Of a stretch of DNA of 64,000 nucleotides, positions 58,648-64,000 are shown one piece after another; position 1 is the first letter of the stretch, and each line of letters starts with the position of its first letter. A model generated the notes under the pieces. The model was not told where the DNA came from. It saw only the letters and a program-made list of their open reading frames with translations, and made no database searches. This DNA comes from Cyanophyceae cyanobacterium (GTDB lineage: Bacteria > Cyanobacteriota > Cyanobacteriia > Cyanobacteriales > Laspinemataceae): NCBI GenBank assembly GCA_038321985.1, contig JBBQFN010000003.1, positions 160,001 through 224,000 on the forward strand, given 5' to 3'. The position numbers and the translations under genes were made by a program.

Positions 58648-60279
58648 CTATACAATGGTTTTGAGAGTATGGGCCGCCTCATTGAGCTTTTGAATCCCAA
58701 TTTTCGTTTGAGTGAGGCCACTGGCGGTTTGGACTGCGCCTTGATTAAGATTGTTCATCGCCTCAACCACTTCTTGAATAGCGACTGCTTGCTGTTTAGC
58801 CGTTAACGAAATTTGTTGATTGTTAACCACCACTTCATTGACCGCTTCTAGAGAATTTTGTTGATTTTGCAACACCACTTCGTTAATTGCTTGGGCTACT
58901 CCCTCGGAGGACTTTAAGACAATTTGCTCGATCGCCTCGGTTACCTTAATAAAAGCCTCGGCCGTATCTCGTGACAATTCGATGCCAGTTTCGGCAGTTT
59001 TGCGCCCTTCATCCGTCACCATCACGGTCGAATTAATCGCACTTTGAATTGTAAACACAAGCTGATTAATCTTCTCAGCGGATTTTTTGCTTTGGTCGGC
59101 GAGTTTGCGAATTTCCGCTGCTACGACACCGAATCCTTTGCCATGTTCTCCCGCACGCACGGCTTCTACGGCAGCATTAAGAGAGAGCATATTCGTTTGA
59201 TTGGCGAGATCGCTGACCAGATTAGTAATCGAGCTGATTTGATTGGTTTGTTCACTCAATCGCAAAATTTGTTCGGCGATCGCTGCGACTTTTTGTTTTA
59301 AAATTGACATTCCTTCTAAAGTCCGGCCTACGGTTTTGTTTCCCCCTTCAGCTAAAGTTAAAACCTGACGAGATCCTTGGGCTGAAGACTCGGCTAAGAA
59401 TAATACATTTCGAACACCTAGGACGGATGATTCAGCTAATGCTAAGATTTGACGGGCATTTTGTGCCGCTGCCTCTGCTTGTTGTACGGTTTGTTCAGAA
59501 GAGACACCGAGTTGATGCATGGTGTTAGTCGTTTGATTCGCAGACGCGGCTTGAGAACTGGCATTGCGTTCTTGTTGTTCCACTGTGGCGGATATTTCAG
59601 TGGAAGATGTAGCGATGGAATTGACAGTTTCATTAATAGTTTGATTGGTGCGGGCGATCGTTGCCCAAATCAAAGAGGCCGCCCCAGAACTTAGCACTAA
59701 AGACAATAAAGTTGTCATCATTGCTGCGGCTATTAGAAATCTGATAATTTTCTGCGCTTGCGCTGTATATTCCTGTAAGATAATTTGCTCATTAATGCCA
59801 AACTTCTCTCCTAACTCATCTAGTCTTCCCACCAAAACTTTAGATTCTCTTAAATAAAGACTGACGGCTTGTTCATGTTTATTTTCATTTTTTAATTGGA
59901 TGGTATCGAGAGACATTTGATAATATTCCTCTCCCGCTCTAATCATATCTCTAAAAATTTCTTTTTGTCCTGAGTCTTCGATGAGAGTTTCTGCCATTTT
60001 AGCAGCAGTTTCATAGCGCTCCTTTTGTTTGCGAAATTCTAGCAAAGCATCTTCACTCTGTACTAATAAATATCCGCGAACTTGCCTTGCCATCAGCGCC
60101 GTACTCAAAACCATATCATCGGTGTGAAATAAAATTCTTTGCACTCTGTTAACTTCTTCAAATTTTTTAGAAACTTGACTAATTTCGGAATACACTATCC
60201 CGCTAAATCCTACAATTAATAAAACCGGAATAGAAAATCCAAAAAAAATCCGGCCTCTTAATTTTAAATTTTTTAACAT
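58648..60279 (-). CDS. Methyl-accepting chemotaxis protein with CHASE3/4HB-like sensor
   Basis: Two [45 protein letters not shown]. Confidence 0.93.
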   Translation of the reverse strand: MLKNLKLRGRIFFGFSIPVLLIVGFSGIVYSEISQVSKKFEEVNRVQRILFHTDDMVLSTALMARQVRGYLLVQSEDALLEFRKQKERYETAAKMAETLIEDSGQKEIFRDMIRAGEEYYQMSLDTIQLKNENKHEQAVSLYLRESKVLVGRLDELGEKFGINEQIILQEYTAQAQKIIRFLIAAAMMTTLLSLVLSSGAASLIWATIARTNQTINETVNSIATSSTEISATVEQQERNASSQAASANQTTNTMHQLGVSSEQTVQQAEAAAQNARQILALAESSVLGVRNVLFLAESSAQGSRQVLTLAEGGNKTVGRTLEGMSILKQKVAAIAEQILRLSEQTNQISSITNLVSDLANQTNMLSLNAAVEAVRAGEHGKGFGVVAAEIRKLADQSKKSAEKINQLVFTIQSAINSTVMVTDEGRKTAETGIELSRDTAEAFIKVTEAIEQIVLKSSEGVAQAINEVVLQNQQNSLEAVNEVVVNNQQISLTAKQQAVAIQEVVEAMNNLNQGAVQTASGLTQTKIGIQKLNEAAHTLKTIV

Positions 60280-60466
60280 GGTGGCAGTCTCCCCCAGCCA
60301 ATGGCTTCTATCTCTTATTCTAAAAATATTGTAGCTGACTCTTGTGAGTTTATGGGGGAAATCGAATCTTTTTGAAGGAAAGAGGAAGAACCATAAATTT
60401 AAGCCAATAGGTGTACCTACTTAGAAAAAAAAGTTTTAAGGCCAACTATCTTTCCTTAAAAAAAAA

Positions 60467-60497
60467 TTACCTCATCCCGATAGACCGGATGAGGTAA
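60467..60497 (-). terminator. Rho-independent terminator between the two MCP genes
   Basis: Stem TTACCTCATCC / GGATGAGGTAA with a long T tract on the minus strand. Confidence 0.75.
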
Positions 60498-60514
60498 ACG
60501 ATATAAAATATTAC

Positions 60515-62056
60515 TTAGATCAAGGCATTCAAATTTTGGGCAGTTTCATTTAATTTATGAATGCCGATTTTGGTTTGGTTAATGCCGTTGACCGTTTCTG
60601 TGGCACCTAGGTTGAGGTCGTTCATGGCGGTGACTACCTGGTTAATAGCGACCGCTTGCTGTTTGGTGGTCAGGGAAATTTGCCGAGAATTGAGGACCAC
60701 ATCATTAATGGCATTCCAAGAGGCTTCTTGATTCGTCAAAATTACGTTATTAATGGCTTCGCCAACCTTGGCAAATGCTTCTGCGGTTTCCCGAGAGAGG
60801 GTGATGCTTTCCTCAGCTTTTCTTTTGCCCTCTTCGGTGACGGTGACCGTTGAACCAATGGCGGATTCTATATTGACAACGAGGGTACTAATTTTTTGCG
60901 CTGAGGTTTTACTTTGGTCTGCAAGTTTGCGAATTTCTGTAGCAATGACGCTAAATCCCTTGCCATTTTCTCCGGCACGAACGGCTTCTACGGCTGCATT
61001 GAGAGCCAACATATTGGTTTGTCCAGCCAAGTCACTGACGAGACTGGTAATGTTACTAATTTGGTTGGTTTGTTCACTCAATCGGAGAATTTGGAGGGCA
61101 ATTGCTTCTACTTTGGCGGTTAAAACTAGCATTCCTTCCTGAGTGCGTTCCACAGCTTGAATGCCGCGATCGGCGAGGGTTAAGACTTCTTGAGCGCCCT
61201 GAACTGAAGATTCCGCAAGCTGTAAGACTTGATTGGCATTGTTTTCGGAAAATTGGGCTTGCTCTGCGGTGAGGGTGGAAGAGGAGCCTAATTCCGTCAT
61301 TGTGGCACTGGTTTCGTTAACTGAGGTGGCTTGTTGGGAGAGGGTGCGTTCATGTTGCTCGACAGTGGAGGCTATTTGGCTAGATGCGGAGGCGATCGCA
61401 TTAGTTTCTTGGCGGATAATTCGGGCAATACTAGAGGAAATAATTAGAGCCACAATGACTGCAATGCCGACTAATAATAAGGACCCAAGCGTCATCCAAA
61501 TCACTAGGGCTTGTAAGGTACCCGTTGCTTCCTGATTTTCAGCCAGTAGCAGCCCTTCTTGTTTAGTTTTAAATTCATCGGTGATTTCTTTAAATCGCAT
61601 CACTAATTTAAGACCTTTTTGGGTAGACCAGAGGGTAATTGCTTCTTGTTTTTTACCGCTATCATAAAGATTTCTAATTTCCGTAAAAAAGGTCATATAA
61701 TCTCGAGTTAGCTCAATCATTTCCGTGATAATTTTTTGGTCTTCAGGGGTCATATAGAGTTGGTTTTTTTCATTGACTAAGGTTTCAAATTTGCTGACTG
61801 TGCTATAATATTGGTTGAGATATTCTACATTCCCATTCACGAGATACCCTCGGGCCTCTCTAACCAGCCCTAATGCTGTATTAGTGATGTCATTTAAGGT
61901 GAGAAGTCGAGCTTGAATCAATTGGACATTTTCAAAAGACTGACTGACCTTTTGTGCCGATTTATAAGTGATGAGCATAAATCCACAGATGGCAATGGCG
62001 ATCGGTAAGCCATATCCCAAGACCATTTTATTTCGGAGTTTTAAGTTAGCAAACAT
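60515..62056 (-). CDS. Methyl-accepting chemotaxis protein with CHASE3/4HB-like sensor
   Basis: Two [42 protein letters not shown]. Confidence 0.93.
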   Translation of the reverse strand: MFANLKLRNKMVLGYGLPIAIAICGFMLITYKSAQKVSQSFENVQLIQARLLTLNDITNTALGLVREARGYLVNGNVEYLNQYYSTVSKFETLVNEKNQLYMTPEDQKIITEMIELTRDYMTFFTEIRNLYDSGKKQEAITLWSTQKGLKLVMRFKEITDEFKTKQEGLLLAENQEATGTLQALVIWMTLGSLLLVGIAVIVALIISSSIARIIRQETNAIASASSQIASTVEQHERTLSQQATSVNETSATMTELGSSSTLTAEQAQFSENNANQVLQLAESSVQGAQEVLTLADRGIQAVERTQEGMLVLTAKVEAIALQILRLSEQTNQISNITSLVSDLAGQTNMLALNAAVEAVRAGENGKGFSVIATEIRKLADQSKTSAQKISTLVVNIESAIGSTVTVTEEGKRKAEESITLSRETAEAFAKVGEAINNVILTNQEASWNAINDVVLNSRQISLTTKQQAVAINQVVTAMNDLNLGATETVNGINQTKIGIHKLNETAQNLNALI

Positions 62057-62629
62057 AGTTGTTTTTCCTTTTTTAATCTAAAAATATTGAGGTTAGCTGT
62101 CTGTGAACCTTACCCGGGGTTAATTAACAAGAAGTAATAAGCCAGGAGAGGAAGGCTAGTAAGCTATTAGGTTTAACATCATTTCCGGGTTTAAACCCTG
62201 ACAATTACTAAAGTCAGGGGGATGATATATTTTTAATGAGTAATTCCCCCAAAAACCCGGCTAAGCTCAGGGATAAAAATTCAAACAATCACCCTTTTCT
62301 ACTCAATTTAATTCACCTTTCTACTCTTTGATTAATTATTCCCGGAAACTAGGAGAGATACCTAAGTTATTCAGGATAGTTTACAATTCGCATTATTTTT
62401 TAACAATTTTTCCCGTCTAGGTTTTTTATCCCCTAGACCCTCGGTACAAAAGCAGTTACTCCGGATCGGAACCCAAGTTTAGTAACCCGAATGTTGTTAA
62501 TGCTCAATTGCTGAGGCGGACCTCCGGAAGAAGCAACCGGATCTCAACTCGGAGATAGAATCGCTTAGTCCTGTGGTTCGATAGGATATTAGCTAATGCA
62601 TTTTTACTGTCCCTGAAAACTATAGCCCA

Positions 62630-64000
62630 ATGGCGATCGCAATTGATTTTGGAACAAGCAACACTGTCATCTCGCGCTGGAATTCTGCTACCCAGCAACC
62701 GGAAACCGTTAGACTGCCTGGATTATCCTGGCAGTTGGGCCAAAATCCGCCCTTGATTCCTAGCTTACTGTACGTCGAGGATGCCTCCAGGCAACAAGTG
62801 GCGATCGGCCAACAAGTGCGCGATAAAGGTTTTGATCTCAAAACTGACCCCCGGTTCTTCCGCAGCTTTAAACGCGGCATCGGCACCGATATCCAGGGGT
62901 TTCTCCCAGAACTGGACGGCGAAATTGTCACCTTTGAAAAAGTCGGGGAATGGTTCCTCACCGGACTCGTGAACTCCCTGCGGCACGTCCCTCTTCCTGT
63001 AGACTCCTTAATCTTAACCGTTCCCGTAGATAGCTTTGAAGCCTATCGCCACTGGTTGGGACAAGTCTGCCAATCTCTGCAAGTCGAACAAGTGCGGATA
63101 TTAGACGAGCCCACTGCTGCTGCCTTGGGATATGGACTCACCGACGGAGAAAACTTGCTGGTTGTAGACTTTGGCGGTGGCACCCTAGATTTATCTTTAG
63201 TCCAATTAGATAGTAGCGCCGGTAAAAAGCCCCTGGGATTTCTCCTCAAATGGGGGGATAAACTCTTTGCTGAAAGTTCAGGACAGAAAGTTAAAACCGC
63301 TAGGGTTTTAGCGAAGGCGGGGAAGAACTTAGGTGGGAGTGATTTGGACAATTGGTTAGTGGATTATTTTGCTGAAACTCAAGGAATGGCAAAAACACCT
63401 TTAACAACGCGCTTGGCCGAAAGATTAAAAATTGAACTGTCTTTACAAAAACAAGCAAAAGAGGTCTATTTTAATGATGAAACTTTAGAGACTTACTCTT
63501 TAGAATTAGACCGCACTGGCTTTGAGGAAATTCTGATGCATCATCAGTTTTTTGAATCTTTGGATGATGCAATGAATCAGGTGAGTCAGCAAGCGCGGCG
63601 TCAGGGATTGGATTTTTCTGATATTGATGCTGTGTTATTAGTGGGGGGAACGGCACTGATTCCAGCGGTTCAGAATTGGGTCAAGCAATATTTTGATGAA
63701 AGCAAGATTCGGTGCGATCGCCCCTTTGAGGCGATCGCCCAAGGTGCGCTGCAACTCAGTCAAGGGGTAGAAATTAAAGATTTCCTCTATCACAGTTACG
63801 GTATCCGCTATTGGGACCGGCGCAACCAATGCCACAATTGGCATCCTTTAGTTCGGGAAGGACAACCCTATCCCATGAGTGAACCTGTGGAATTAATGCT
63901 CGGTGCATCCTTGGATAATCAGCCGAGTATTGAGTTAATTATTGGGGAATTGGGGTCAGATGCGGGGGGAACAGAGGTGTATTTTGATGGCGATCGCCTG
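62630..64000 (+). CDS. Hsp70-family (atypical DnaK-like) protein, 3'-truncated by the window edge and absent from the ORF track
   Basis: MAIAIDFGTSNT, ILDEPTAAALGYG, VDFGGGTLD, LGGSDLD, LLVGGTALIP; no stop seen before the window end. Confidence 0.92.
   Translation, partial: MAIAIDFGTSNTVISRWNSATQQPETVRLPGLSWQLGQNPPLIPSLLYVEDASRQQVAIGQQVRDKGFDLKTDPRFFRSFKRGIGTDIQGFLPELDGEIVTFEKVGEWFLTGLVNSLRHVPLPVDSLILTVPVDSFEAYRHWLGQVCQSLQVEQVRILDEPTAAALGYGLTDGENLLVVDFGGGTLDLSLVQLDSSAGKKPLGFLLKWGDKLFAESSGQKVKTARVLAKAGKNLGGSDLDNWLVDYFAETQGMAKTPLTTRLAERLKIELSLQKQAKEVYFNDETLETYSLELDRTGFEEILMHHQFFESLDDAMNQVSQQARRQGLDFSDIDAVLLVGGTALIPAVQNWVKQYFDESKIRCDRPFEAIAQGALQLSQGVEIKDFLYHSYGIRYWDRRNQCHNWHPLVREGQPYPMSEPVELMLGASLDNQPSIELIIGELGSDAGGTEVYFDGDRL

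Noticed and set aside
62330..62350. GGGAAT-type (SigF/SigJ-like) promoter hexamer upstream of the MCP gene
   Set aside because: Too short and too common to support without TSS data

Overview
Chromosomal segment of a cyanobacterium. The HIP1 octamer GCGATCGC is abundant throughout, and the gene content (psb34, pentapeptide proteins, TftA-like amidase, GTAG-type REP hairpins) suggests a filamentous Oscillatoriales-like strain; the taxon is an inference. It holds about 46 CDS. Housekeeping genes: infC, purB, bioF, tRNA-Glu, HIT, YifB/ComM and a partial Hsp70-family gene. Envelope genes: Omp85 barrel, amidase, SLH proteins, DdpX. Signalling genes: GAF histidine kinase, a 1951-aa STK-AAA-GAF-PAS-adenylate cyclase, NTT-HEAT plus cNMP protein, two chemoreceptors. 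Also a sugar ABC operon, GH116 and GH10 hydrolases and a VapBC module. I saw no CRISPR array, rRNA, transposase or prophage. Main observations: (1) a perfect CIRCE operator between a conserved hypothetical gene and a DMT transporter rather than a chaperone gene; (2) two tandem HAMP-less chemoreceptors whose signalling hairpins differ by paired 14-aa/15-aa unit duplications (3x vs 2x); (3) a pentapeptide-repeat protein fused to an HNH domain with degenerate catalytic residues; (4) a POTRA-less Omp85 barrel embedded among pentapeptide genes. Product calls come from motif recognition only; no database search was run.
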